Positions 9,350 to 18,142 of a stretch of 32,000 bases of DNA are shown piece after piece. The stretch spans positions 3,990,001-4,022,000 of the forward strand of contig NC_000964.3 of NCBI RefSeq assembly GCF_000009045.1, given 5' to 3'. A program made the translations under genes and the position numbers. This stretch comes from Bacillus subtilis subsp. subtilis str. 168 (GTDB lineage Bacteria > Bacillota > Bacilli > Bacillales > Bacillaceae). A model generated the notes under the pieces. The model ran no database searches. It was given only the letters and a program-made list of their open reading frames with translations, and was not told the DNA's origin. Positions within the stretch are counted from its first letter, which is position 1. Each line of letters begins with the position of its first letter.

Positions 9350-10486
9350 ATGTCACAACAAACAACACCCGCAGAACAAAAATCACTTCAAAGAAAAAAA
9401 CCGCCGTTTCGCGCGGATCAAGTCGGAAGCCTGCTAAGATCTGAGCCCGTCAAAAAAGCGCGGCTGCAAAAAGCGGCCGGCGAAATGACCGCTGAGCAGC
9501 TTCGCCAAATTGAAAACGACGAAATCATCCGCATTGTGGAAAAACAGAAGGAAACCGGCCTGAACGTCGTGACAGACGGTGAATTCCGCAGAGCATGGTG
9601 GCACTTTGATTTCCTGGAAAACTTAGATGGCGTTGAGCCGTTTACTCCTGAGCAAGGCATTCAATTCCATAACGTACAGACAAAAGCACGCGGCATTAAA
9701 GTCACAGGCGATATCGACTTTTCAACTCACCCAATGCTTGAAGATTACTCATTTCTCCATAGCATTGCCGGTGACGCGACGCCAAAGATGACGATTCCAA
9801 GTCCGAATATGCTGTTTTTCCGCGGAAAACTGGAAAAGGATGAATACAAAAACGATTATCAACTTTTCCAGCACGATGTATCCAAAGCATATAAAAAAGC
9901 GATTCAAGCGTTTTATGACAGAGGCTGCCGCTACCTCCAGCTTGATGATACAGCGTGGGCCGTTTTCTTATCAGAAAAAGGCTTAAAACAAATCGAAGCG
10001 TTCGGAACAACGCCTGACGAGCTTCGCCAGCTGTTTGCGAAATCCATTAACGACGCGATTGCAGACCGCCCGGATGACTTGACGGTAACCATGCATATTT
10101 GCCGCGGCAACTTCCAGTCCACTTGGACAGCGGAAGGCGGCTATGACGCAGCAGCCGAAACCATTTTTGACGGCTTGAATCTTGACGGACTTTTCTTAGA
10201 GTATGATGATTCACGCTCAGGCGGATTTGAGCCGCTCCGTTACGTAAAACGGTCTGATCTTCAGCTTGTTCTTGGCTTAGTGACATCTAAATTCGGTGAG
10301 CTTGAAAATCCGGATGACGTGAAACGCCGTATCGAAGAAGCGTCCCGTTATGTAAGCTTAGACCAGCTTTGCCTCAGCCCTCAATGCGGATTCGCTTCAA
10401 CTGAGGAAGGCAACAAGCTGACTGAAGAACAGCAATGGGCGAAGCTCCGCCATGTGGTTGAGATCGCTAATGATGTTTGGAAATAA
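9350..10486 (+). CDS. yxjG: MetE C-terminal-like (core) methionine synthase family protein, 378 aa
   Basis: Close paralog of the preceding gene (RADQVGSLLRS, MHICRGNFQSTW, LCLSPQCGFAS); start at MSQQ after AAGAAGGA. The track's longer N-terminus runs through the riboswitch terminator and is unlikely. Confidence 0.93.
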   Translation: MSQQTTPAEQKSLQRKKPPFRADQVGSLLRSEPVKKARLQKAAGEMTAEQLRQIENDEIIRIVEKQKETGLNVVTDGEFRRAWWHFDFLENLDGVEPFTPEQGIQFHNVQTKARGIKVTGDIDFSTHPMLEDYSFLHSIAGDATPKMTIPSPNMLFFRGKLEKDEYKNDYQLFQHDVSKAYKKAIQAFYDRGCRYLQLDDTAWAVFLSEKGLKQIEAFGTTPDELRQLFAKSINDAIADRPDDLTVTMHICRGNFQSTWTAEGGYDAAAETIFDGLNLDGLFLEYDDSRSGGFEPLRYVKRSDLQLVLGLVTSKFGELENPDDVKRRIEEASRYVSLDQLCLSPQCGFASTEEGNKLTEEQQWAKLRHVVEIANDVWK

Positions 10487-10493
10487 GCAAAGA

Positions 10494-10535
10494 AAAAAAC
10501 ACACTTGATTCCCTAGCGGAGCAAGTGTGTTTTTT
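10494..10535. terminator. Bidirectional terminator between convergent yxjG and yxjF
   Basis: AAAAAAACACACTTGattccctagcggagCAAGTGTGTTTTTTAT. Confidence 0.85.
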
Positions 10536-10538
10536 ATG

Positions 10539-11312
10539 TCATTGTGCGGTGTAGCCCCCATCAAGGACGACAGCCTGCCCAGTGACGCCCTTCGCCTTCT
10601 CGCTTGCCAAAAACACGGCATAATCCGCAATTTCCTTGACGGAAAGCAGTCGCTTTTGCGGCACAAGCGGAAAAATGACTTGTTCAAGTACAGAGTCGTA
10701 AGGGACATTTCTAGTTTTCGATAGATCGCTAAGCTGATTGCGTACAAGCTGGGTATCGACATAACCCGGACAGAGCGCATTGACTGTTATGCCGTGGGGC
10801 GCGCCTTCCAGCGCCCCTACTTTTGTGAGTCCAATGACGCCGTGCTTGGCGCTATTATAAGCGGATTTCCCTGCAAAGCCCACTAATCCATTAACAGACG
10901 CAATATTAATGATTCTGCCAAACTGCTGTTTTTTCATGATCGGAAAAACATGCTTCATTGCAATAAAGGGAGCCGTCAGCATGACCTTGATCAGCTGTTC
11001 AAAGGTGTCTGTCGGAAACTCTTCAATCGGAGCGACGTGCTGAATACCGGCATTGTTCACCAGAATATCCAAGCGGCCGTATTGTTTTTGGATGACGTTC
11101 ACCGTATCAGCAACTTGCGCTTCCTTTGTCACATCATACGGAATGGCCGCCGCGTCAAAGCCTTCTTCTGCAAGCTTGGAGGCTGCTTTTTCACATGCTT
11201 CCGGACGGAGGTCTGAAACGATGACGCTGGCACCTTCCCGGGCGAATTCTCTTGCGATTTCGAATCCGATTCCGCCGGCAGCCCCTGTCACCAAAGCGAC
11301 TTGTTTTCTCAT
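10539..11312 (-). CDS. yxjF: SDR-family 3-hydroxybutyrate dehydrogenase, 257 aa
   Basis: MRKQVALVTGAAGGIGFEIAREFA...NNAGIQHVAPIEEF...YNSAKHGVIGLTK; start at 11312 after GGAAGG. Confidence 0.92.
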   Translation of the reverse strand: MRKQVALVTGAAGGIGFEIAREFAREGASVIVSDLRPEACEKAASKLAEEGFDAAAIPYDVTKEAQVADTVNVIQKQYGRLDILVNNAGIQHVAPIEEFPTDTFEQLIKVMLTAPFIAMKHVFPIMKKQQFGRIINIASVNGLVGFAGKSAYNSAKHGVIGLTKVGALEGAPHGITVNALCPGYVDTQLVRNQLSDLSKTRNVPYDSVLEQVIFPLVPQKRLLSVKEIADYAVFLASEKAKGVTGQAVVLDGGYTAQ

Positions 11313-11328
11313 GTCAAACACCTTCCCA

Positions 11329-11979
11329 TTAAGAATTGAGTACAGACTGGCTTACAGCGAAATCAGCTTCTGTTTTTTCATAAACCTCTTCAATTGTGAC
11401 ACCATCCTGAAGCTCCGTCAGTGTCATGCGGCCGTTCACAAAATCAAATACAGCCAAATCCGTAATCAGCCTGTGTACGACTTTCTGGCCTGTCAGCGGA
11501 AGGGAGCATGTTTTTTTCACCTTTGATTCACCATGCTTATTGACGTGCTCCATGATGACAACGATTCGTTTCGCCCCGTTGACGAGATCCATGGCGCCGC
11601 CCATCCCTTTTACCATTTTGCCCGGGATCATCCAATTGGCCAAATCCCCCTGCTCCGAAACCTCCATTCCGCCGAGAATAGCTAAATCGATATGCCCGCC
11701 TCTTATCATCGCGAATGACTCAGCGCTGTCAAAATAAGAGGCGCCTGTCACTTCAGTGATCGTTTCCTTTCCCGCATTGATCAAATCCGCGTCTTCCGTT
11801 CCTTCCAGAGGATAGGGGCCAATTCCGAGCAAGCCGTTTTCCGACTGAAGCATGACGTGAACGCCATCGGGTATCTCATTTGCGACAAGCGTCGGCATTC
11901 CAATCCCGAGATTCACATTCATGCCGTCCTTGATTTCTTGTACAGCCCGTTTGACCATTCGTTTTCTCGCTTCCTTCAC
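11329..11979 (-). CDS. scoB: Succinyl-CoA:3-oxoacid CoA-transferase subunit B, 216 aa
   Basis: [16 protein letters not shown]...[13 protein letters not shown]...[28 protein letters not shown]; 4-nt overlap with scoA. Confidence 0.95.
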   Translation of the reverse strand: MKEARKRMVKRAVQEIKDGMNVNLGIGMPTLVANEIPDGVHVMLQSENGLLGIGPYPLEGTEDADLINAGKETITEVTGASYFDSAESFAMIRGGHIDLAILGGMEVSEQGDLANWMIPGKMVKGMGGAMDLVNGAKRIVVIMEHVNKHGESKVKKTCSLPLTGQKVVHRLITDLAVFDFVNGRMTLTELQDGVTIEEVYEKTEADFAVSQSVLNS

Positions 11980-12692
11980 TTGGCCTCACCCTTTCCCGAT
12001 GCTTGCTGAACTGTTCGTTTTTCAATCCGTTTTTCTTGGCTCGCGCCAAGCACGACATGCTGTACGTAAATTCCCGGCGTATGGATGTGATCTGGATCGA
12101 GCTCTCCTGCTTCCACGATTTCTTCCGCCTCGGCAATCGTGATCTTGCCTGCCATGGCGGCAATGGGATTGAAATTTCTCGCCGTTTTCCTAAAAATCAA
12201 ATTGCCCATGGTGTCCGCTTTCCACGCTTTGACGATCGCCACATCGCCGGTAATGCCTCGCTCCAGCACATAAGTCCGGCCGCCGAATGTTTTATGTTCT
12301 TTTCCCTCGGCTATGGAGGTGCCGACGCCTGTCGCCGTATAAAATCCCGGTATGCCTGCACCGCCTGCACGAATTCTCTCAGCGAGCGTTCCTTGGGGAA
12401 CAAGCTCTACCTCAAGCTCTCCGCTTAAAAACTGCCGCTCAAAAATTTTATTTTCACCGACATAGGAAGCGATCATTTTCTTGATTTGCTTGTTAGCCAG
12501 AAGCAAACCAAGCCCCCAGTCATCGACTCCGCAGTTATTGCTGACAACGGTTAAATCCTTTACTCCCTGATCTCTTATAGACAAAATGAGCTGTTCAGGG
12601 ATGCCGCACAGCCCAAACCCTCCCGCGATCAGCGTATCCCCATCATGAATCAGTTTCGCAGCTTCCTTGCTTGATGACAGCACTTTTCCCAT
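11976..12692 (-). CDS. scoA: Succinyl-CoA:3-oxoacid CoA-transferase subunit A, 238 aa
   Basis: [18 protein letters not shown]...[18 protein letters not shown]...[47 protein letters not shown]. Confidence 0.95.
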   Translation of the reverse strand: MGKVLSSSKEAAKLIHDGDTLIAGGFGLCGIPEQLILSIRDQGVKDLTVVSNNCGVDDWGLGLLLANKQIKKMIASYVGENKIFERQFLSGELEVELVPQGTLAERIRAGGAGIPGFYTATGVGTSIAEGKEHKTFGGRTYVLERGITGDVAIVKAWKADTMGNLIFRKTARNFNPIAAMAGKITIAEAEEIVEAGELDPDHIHTPGIYVQHVVLGASQEKRIEKRTVQQASGKGEAK

Positions 12693-12715
12693 ATTGATGC
12701 CCCTTTCGTTTTCTT

Positions 12716-14140
12716 CTACACTAGACCAGTCAGGCTGTAAATCGCGATCACAGCAAATACGGCAGCCGTTTTAATGAGCGTGATCGCAAAAATATCGCGA
12801 TAGGATTGCCGGTGGGTCAAACCCGTCACGGCCAGAAGCGTGATAACGGCGCCATTATGCGGCAGTGTATCCATCCCGCCTGATGCCATTGAAATGACCC
12901 GATGCATCACCTCTGGCGGAATATTGTAAGCCTGAATCGCCTGTAAGTATTGTTCTGACATCGCGCTTAACGCAATGCCCATTCCTCCCGAAGCCGAGCC
13001 GGTGATTCCCGCCAGCGCAGTTGTCGTAACGGCGCCATTTACAAGCGGATCGGTAAAAGTATGTGAAATTCCGCTGCTCAGCTTATGAAACCCCGGCAGC
13101 GCGGCGATAATGCCGCCGAACCCGTACTCAGCACCCGTATTCATAGATGCCAGCAAGGCGCCGCCAATTCCTTCATTCAGCCCTTCCTTCAATTGGGCAA
13201 ACACACTTCTCCAATCAAATAATATCGTTGTGATGATGCCAATCACTAAAGCAATCTCCACCGACCAAATAGCAGCCGCTGAAGAAATATCAAGCCTGCC
13301 GAACTCCTTTAATCCTATGGAAGAAAAATCAAATCCATTCGGATACCACTTTGGCAGGTAAATGGTGAAATATTTATTCACTGCACCGACGAGAATAAGC
13401 GGGACAAAGGCAAGCGCGTGCCGAATCGGGCTTTTGTCCGGTTCAGCCGCGGACTCAATCGATTCAGGAGCAGGAGCATTCTGCGAATCAAAACCGCCAT
13501 AGCCTTCGCCAGATGCCTGCGCTTTCTTCCGCCTTGATTCCAAATAGAGCATCCCAGCTGCCAGCACAATCACTGCGCCCATCAAACCCAGCCAAGGGGC
13601 GGCATAAATGTCTGTTTTGAAAAACGACGTCGGGATGACATTTTGGATTTGCGGCGTTCCCGGAAGTGCGTCCATCGTAAACGTAAAAGCTCCTAAAGCA
13701 ATCGTACCCGGGATGAGGCGTTTTGGTATGTTTGCTTCTTGGAACATGTTTTTCGCAAAAGGATATACAGCAAATACGACAACAAACAGGCTGACACCGC
13801 TGTACGTCAAGACAGCACCCATCAGCACAATGGCAAGTATCGCTCTTTTTGCCCCGACAAGCCGGACAATTGTTTTCGCGATTGATGCCGCAAGCCCGGC
13901 CATTTCAACGACCTTTCCAAAAATAGCACCGAGCAAAAACACTGGGAAATACAGCTTAATAAAACCCGCCATCTTCTCCATAAAAATTGATGAAAAAAAA
14001 GGAAGCACATGGCTTGGATCTGTCAGCAGCACCGCGAATAACGCGCAAATCGGCGCAAACAATATGACAGAAAATCCCCGATACGCCGTAAACATCAGCA
14101 AACCTAACGCCAATAGAATGATGATCAGTTCCACACACAC
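12716..14140 (-). CDS. yxjC: GntP-type/short-chain carboxylate permease, 474 aa
   Basis: Multi-TM ORF with a GntP-family pattern, co-directional and upstream of scoAB-yxjF (GTG start after GGGGGAT). Confidence 0.88.
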   Translation of the reverse strand: MCVELIIILLALGLLMFTAYRGFSVILFAPICALFAVLLTDPSHVLPFFSSIFMEKMAGFIKLYFPVFLLGAIFGKVVEMAGLAASIAKTIVRLVGAKRAILAIVLMGAVLTYSGVSLFVVVFAVYPFAKNMFQEANIPKRLIPGTIALGAFTFTMDALPGTPQIQNVIPTSFFKTDIYAAPWLGLMGAVIVLAAGMLYLESRRKKAQASGEGYGGFDSQNAPAPESIESAAEPDKSPIRHALAFVPLILVGAVNKYFTIYLPKWYPNGFDFSSIGLKEFGRLDISSAAAIWSVEIALVIGIITTILFDWRSVFAQLKEGLNEGIGGALLASMNTGAEYGFGGIIAALPGFHKLSSGISHTFTDPLVNGAVTTTALAGITGSASGGMGIALSAMSEQYLQAIQAYNIPPEVMHRVISMASGGMDTLPHNGAVITLLAVTGLTHRQSYRDIFAITLIKTAAVFAVIAIYSLTGLV

Positions 14141-14160
14141 ATCCCCCGTTTCCGCGAACT

Positions 14161-14174
14161 AGAAAGCGTTTACA
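14161..14174 (-). promoter_or_regulatory. cre-like CcpA site upstream of yxjC
   Basis: AGAAAGCGTTTACA, one mismatch to the canonical TGAAAGCGTTTACA-like cre, 20 nt upstream of the yxjC start. Confidence 0.7.
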
Positions 14175-14237
14175 AAAACCTGTCCGCATCGGCTGTTTCC
14201 GTCCCCTTTCCATATGTACGAGAAGCGTGGGCCAACT

Positions 14238-14278
14238 ATTCCGATTAAAAAAGGAAAGCTCCTTTTTTCGGAGCTTTC
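14238..14278 (-). terminator. Terminator downstream of yxjB
   Basis: Plus-strand AAAAAAGGAAAGCTCCttttttcGGAGCTTTCCTCT; on the minus strand the stem is followed by a U-run. Confidence 0.75.
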
Positions 14279-14287
14279 CTCTACCAT

Positions 14288-15136
14288 TCATTTCATTCCT
14301 ATTAGGATATCAACATCAACCGTAATATCGGCTGATTTCATCTCTTTCAGCAGGCTGACTCGATCTTTCGGCGCCGACCAGGCAAGCGGCGTCATCTTGA
14401 GAAGCCAGTGGATCGCCTGCTGGTCAAGCGTTTTAACATAGCGCAGCCTGACAGGACGGCTGTGTGCTGCATTTGCTGTAAAACGCTCAACTGCTGCCGT
14501 ATTGGAATACGTGCGCCTTGGTGAATCAGTATATAAAAATTGCCTTAATTCTATTAAATAGTCGCTTCGCGGCACTACTTTTATGAGCATGCCATCATTC
14601 TTCAGCAGTCTATGAAACTCTGCATAATTGGACGGCGAAAAAATAGACAGAACAACATCAAATTGGCGATCATGAAAAGGAGCACGCGCCACATCGGCAA
14701 CCGCCCACATCAGATCTTTGAATGCCTTAGAAGCTTTTAAGATCCCGTCCTTCGAAAGATCTATGCCGGTTCCTATCGCTGCTTTCCCTGCATAATCAAA
14801 CCCGCAAAGCGCATTCAAATGAGAACCCTCACCGCAACCGCTGTCCAAGATGGTGAATGCCTCATGACCAGATTTGGGATGACTGATGAGCTCTGCAATC
14901 GCATCATGGAGCGGGTCAAAAAAACCACATTCTCCAATCAGCCTGCTCCTCGCTTCAAAAAGCTCGGCACCGTAACTGGTTTTGACCGGCTTCGTCAGAA
15001 AGTTCACGTAGCCGTGCCGAGATAGATCAAATGTATGTCCTCGTTCTGTACAAATCAAGCTTTTCCCTGATGCCGCATCCATAGAAGAATCGCAGAGCGG
15101 GCATCGAAACATGCTGAAATCAACTGTTCGCTTCAT
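14288..15136 (-). CDS. yxjB: 23S rRNA guanine-N1 methyltransferase family (RlmA/TlrB-like), 282 aa
   Basis: Zn-finger CPLCDSSM...C-x2-C near the N-terminus (FRCPLCDSSMDAASGKSLICTERGHTFDLSRHGYVNFL) and SAM-binding motif ILDSGCGEGSHL; start at MKRTVDF (15136). Confidence 0.88.
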   Translation of the reverse strand: MKRTVDFSMFRCPLCDSSMDAASGKSLICTERGHTFDLSRHGYVNFLTKPVKTSYGAELFEARSRLIGECGFFDPLHDAIAELISHPKSGHEAFTILDSGCGEGSHLNALCGFDYAGKAAIGTGIDLSKDGILKASKAFKDLMWAVADVARAPFHDRQFDVVLSIFSPSNYAEFHRLLKNDGMLIKVVPRSDYLIELRQFLYTDSPRRTYSNTAAVERFTANAAHSRPVRLRYVKTLDQQAIHWLLKMTPLAWSAPKDRVSLLKEMKSADITVDVDILIGMK

Positions 15137-15375
15137 GATAAAAAACACCCCATTCATTCATTTTTAGATAAATGAAAAAGGCATAGACAAATAAACCTAG
15201 GCCTATCTCAAAAATTGGCCAGGTCTGGCAGTTTGTCTACACCTGTCATTATCTATAACGAATGAATTGGATAATCATGAAAAAAACTCCCTTTCTGCTG
15301 TATGGGTTTCCCCGTTTCCATCATACAACAAATATCCAGGAGCTGGAACCTTATAGTGAAGAAAAATCAGTACTG

Positions 15376-15429
15376 ACATGCTGGTATCCCGCCAACATCA
15401 TATCAGCATAGCAATCCAGCATGTTTTTC
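15376..15429 (+). terminator. Orphan plus-strand terminator-like hairpin
   Basis: ACATGCTGG (15376-15384) pairs perfectly with CCAGCATGT (15416-15424), followed by TTTTCC TTTATTTT; no annotated upstream plus-strand gene. Confidence 0.45.
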
Positions 15430-15485
15430 CTTTATTTTCTCATTTTAGAATATAAATTTTATTATTGTGAAAATAGTTAAAAAGG

Positions 15486-15514
15486 TTGATTTTCAAAAAG
15501 TGAAAGGATAAAAT
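15486..15514 (+). promoter_or_regulatory. SigA-like promoter of the nupG riboswitch transcript
   Basis: TTGATT, 17-nt spacer, TAAAAT. Confidence 0.6.
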
Positions 15515-15539
15515 ACTGCTATCATCTTAGAAAAAGACA

Positions 15540-15611
15540 TTCTTGTATATGATCAGTAATATGGTCTGATTGTTTCTACCTAGTAACCGTAAAAAACTAG
15601 ACTACAAGAAA
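15540..15611 (+). promoter_or_regulatory. Purine riboswitch aptamer, guanine class
   Basis: TTCTTGTATATgatcAGTAATATGGTCTGATTGTTTCTACCTAGTAACCGTAAAAAACTAGACTACAAGAA; P1 closes, and the J3/1 specificity base reads C (GACTAC), as in guanine rather than adenine sensors. Confidence 0.95.
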
Positions 15612-15659
15612 GTTTGAATAAATTTGAACGAGTTGAAAAGGACAAGTTCTTTTCTGTTT

Positions 15660-15718
15660 GCTCTTATTTTTCACACTTTCTGCACTTCCAGAATTTGTGA
15701 AGGATAAGAGCTTTTTTT
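15660..15718 (+). terminator. Terminator of the purine riboswitch
   Basis: GCTCTTAT...ATAAGAGC followed by TTTTTTT. Confidence 0.85.
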
Positions 15719-15751
15719 GTTTCCATAATAACCCTCATAGGAGTTGCTATC

Positions 15752-16945
15752 ATGTACTTTTTACTAAACCTTGTCGGTCTCATTGTGATTATGGCAGTTG
15801 TATTCCTATGTTCTCCGCAGAAAAAGAAAATCAAGTGGCGCCCGATCATTACGTTAATTGTTCTGGAATTGCTGATTACTTGGTTTATGCTGGGAACAAA
15901 AGTCGGAAGCTGGGCCATCGGTAAAATCGGTGATTTCTTCACTTGGCTGATTGCTTGCGCCAGTGACGGTATCGCGTTTGCCTTTCCGTCAGTGATGGCG
16001 AATGAAACAGTAGACTTTTTCTTTAGTGCGCTTCTTCCAATTATCTTTATCGTCACATTCTTTGATATTTTAACGTATTTCGGCATTTTGCCTTGGCTGA
16101 TTGATAAAATCGGATGGGTGATTTCAAAGGCTTCCCGCTTGCCGAAATTAGAAAGCTTTTTCTCTATTCAAATGATGTTCCTTGGAAATACCGAAGCACT
16201 TGCGGTCATCCGCCAGCAGCTTACGGTTTTAAGCAACAACCGCCTGCTCACATTCGGTTTAATGAGCATGAGCAGCATCAGCGGCTCCATTATCGGATCT
16301 TATCTTTCAATGGTGCCTGCGACATACGTGTTTACAGCCATTCCTTTGAACTGCTTAAACGCGCTGATTATCGCAAACCTGCTGAATCCTGTTCACGTGC
16401 CGGAGGATGAAGATATCATCTATACACCGCCTAAAGAAGAGAAGAAAGACTTTTTCTCTACGATTTCTAACAGTATGCTTGTCGGCATGAACATGGTTAT
16501 CGTTATTTTGGCAATGGTGATCGGATATGTCGCATTAACGTCAGCAGTTAATGGCATTCTTGGCGTTTTCGTACATGGCCTGACCATCCAGACAATTTTT
16601 GCTTATCTGTTCAGTCCGTTCGCATTCCTGCTTGGACTGCCAGTGCACGATGCGATGTATGTTGCTCAGCTGATGGGCATGAAATTAGCAACGAACGAGT
16701 TTGTTGCGATGCTTGACTTGAAAAACAATCTCAAATCCCTTCCGCCTCACACCGTTGCGGTGGCGACGACATTCCTGACGTCCTTTGCAAACTTCAGTAC
16801 TGTCGGCATGATTTACGGCACGTACAATTCGATCCTTGACGGAGAAAAGTCAACGGTCATCGGGAGAAACGTGTGGAAACTGCTCGTCAGCGGAATTGCG
16901 GTATCTTTATTAAGTGCTGCGATTGTCGGCCTGTTTGTGTGGTAG
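15752..16945 (+). CDS. nupG: Purine nucleoside transporter (NupC/CNT family), 397 aa
   Basis: CNT-family motifs (IQMMFLGNTEALAVIRQQL; ALTSAVNGILGVF; SFANFSTVGMIYGTYNSI); guanine riboswitch upstream. Also known as yxjA. Confidence 0.95.
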   Translation: MYFLLNLVGLIVIMAVVFLCSPQKKKIKWRPIITLIVLELLITWFMLGTKVGSWAIGKIGDFFTWLIACASDGIAFAFPSVMANETVDFFFSALLPIIFIVTFFDILTYFGILPWLIDKIGWVISKASRLPKLESFFSIQMMFLGNTEALAVIRQQLTVLSNNRLLTFGLMSMSSISGSIIGSYLSMVPATYVFTAIPLNCLNALIIANLLNPVHVPEDEDIIYTPPKEEKKDFFSTISNSMLVGMNMVIVILAMVIGYVALTSAVNGILGVFVHGLTIQTIFAYLFSPFAFLLGLPVHDAMYVAQLMGMKLATNEFVAMLDLKNNLKSLPPHTVAVATTFLTSFANFSTVGMIYGTYNSILDGEKSTVIGRNVWKLLVSGIAVSLLSAAIVGLFVW

Positions 16946-16986
16946 AAACATTGAGCCATATCCCTTTTCGGATATGGCTCTTTTCA

Positions 16987-17658
16987 TTATTGATAAATAG
17001 AGGCTGGCACCTGCACATCCCGGATTCCCGCTGCATAAGGCCCCAAGTCATACTGGCCGAAGACGATGGCGATCCCGTTTGCCGTAAAGTAAAACATTGT
17101 GTCTCTGTTTAGGGTTATATCCTCTTTCTTTACATCAGAGAAAAACAGCACATCGTGTTTTTTGATATAGCTATATAGGTAATCTCTCGTTTTGCTGACT
17201 TTTGTTTTGGTGTTCAGAATCTGATCCAGCGTCACCCGCTTTTGTGCTTTCAAGTCATAGTTGAAGGACTGGACAGACGTTAGACCGTGGGCGCCCCCTG
17301 AATAGATATAATTGAGTGTTTGAATGCTGAGCTTGCCTGCCGCATTGTATTTGACGCTGAAGGATGTTTGATATTCCCGTTTTAAAGCCCTGCTGTTCGC
17401 CTGCTTTTTTGTTTTTCAGGTATTCCTGATACGATTGTTCATGTAGGCTTTCAGCTCTTGATTGATTTTCTTTTCAAACGCGGCATTCCCGACGTGATGC
17501 ACTTGTGGATACGTTAACTCCTTGATCTTTTTGTACGTATGGGTGCTGACAGTCGGTGTTTTCGCTTGAACTGCTTTTAAAGATGGGGCCGCATATGCAA
17601 ATACAGAAAAAAGCAAGACTGCAATGCCCGCGGCTTTCAGCATGTTATTCCATTTCAT
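16987..17658 (-). pseudogene. yxiT: Disrupted secreted DUF4163/DUF3298-like protein (yxiT region)
   Basis: N-terminal signal-like MKWNNMLKAAGIAVLLFSVFAYAAPSLKAVQA... and C-terminal SFNYDLKAQKRVTLDQIL... lie in one frame interrupted by TGA at 17416-17418. A short middle segment reads YQEYLKNKKA only in another frame. Confidence 0.8.
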
Positions 17659-17772
17659 ACAATCTACTCCTTTGATGTCGTTGTTTATCATTCCCTTATT
17701 TAAGCAATACACACTTTTATAGACTGATTAAATCGAAAGAAGTTTCTAGGTCTAACAGCATGATTTTTCCAA

Positions 17773-17803
17773 TAAAAAAAGAGACACAGGATGTCTCTTT
17801 TTT
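17773..17803. terminator. Bidirectional terminator
   Basis: AAAAAAGAGACAcaggaTGTCTCTTTTTTT. Confidence 0.85.
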
Positions 17804-18093
17804 TACTGTTTGCGCCCAGAAATCGCTTCATGAAGGGCTTGTGCCAAATCTGTATTTCCGAACATCTCTAATACCGCAATGACAGTCTGGTCCGGAATGT
17901 GCTCTGCTTCGTGTTTTGGCACGACCAGATCGTCCATGGTTTTTTTCAAGCTTTCATTCAGCTTTTGCTGCGGATACGCTTTGGCGTACAGCTCCATCGG
18001 ATCAAGATCATGGTTCACGCACCACTGGGCAAACACCAAAATCATCATATTTTCATCGCGTTCGTAAGCTTCAGTGAGCTGTTTTTCGTTCAT
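17803..18093 (-). CDS. yxiS: Small conserved protein of unknown function, 96 aa
   Basis: ORF of 96 aa, 49 nt from the katE stop, co-directional. Confidence 0.75.
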   Translation of the reverse strand: MNEKQLTEAYERDENMMILVFAQWCVNHDLDPMELYAKAYPQQKLNESLKKTMDDLVVPKHEAEHIPDQTVIAVLEMFGNTDLAQALHEAISGRKQ

Positions 18094-18142
18094 TTGTCAT
18101 GCTCCTTATGAAAAGTATCTTCCTTAAAGATACAGGAGCCGA

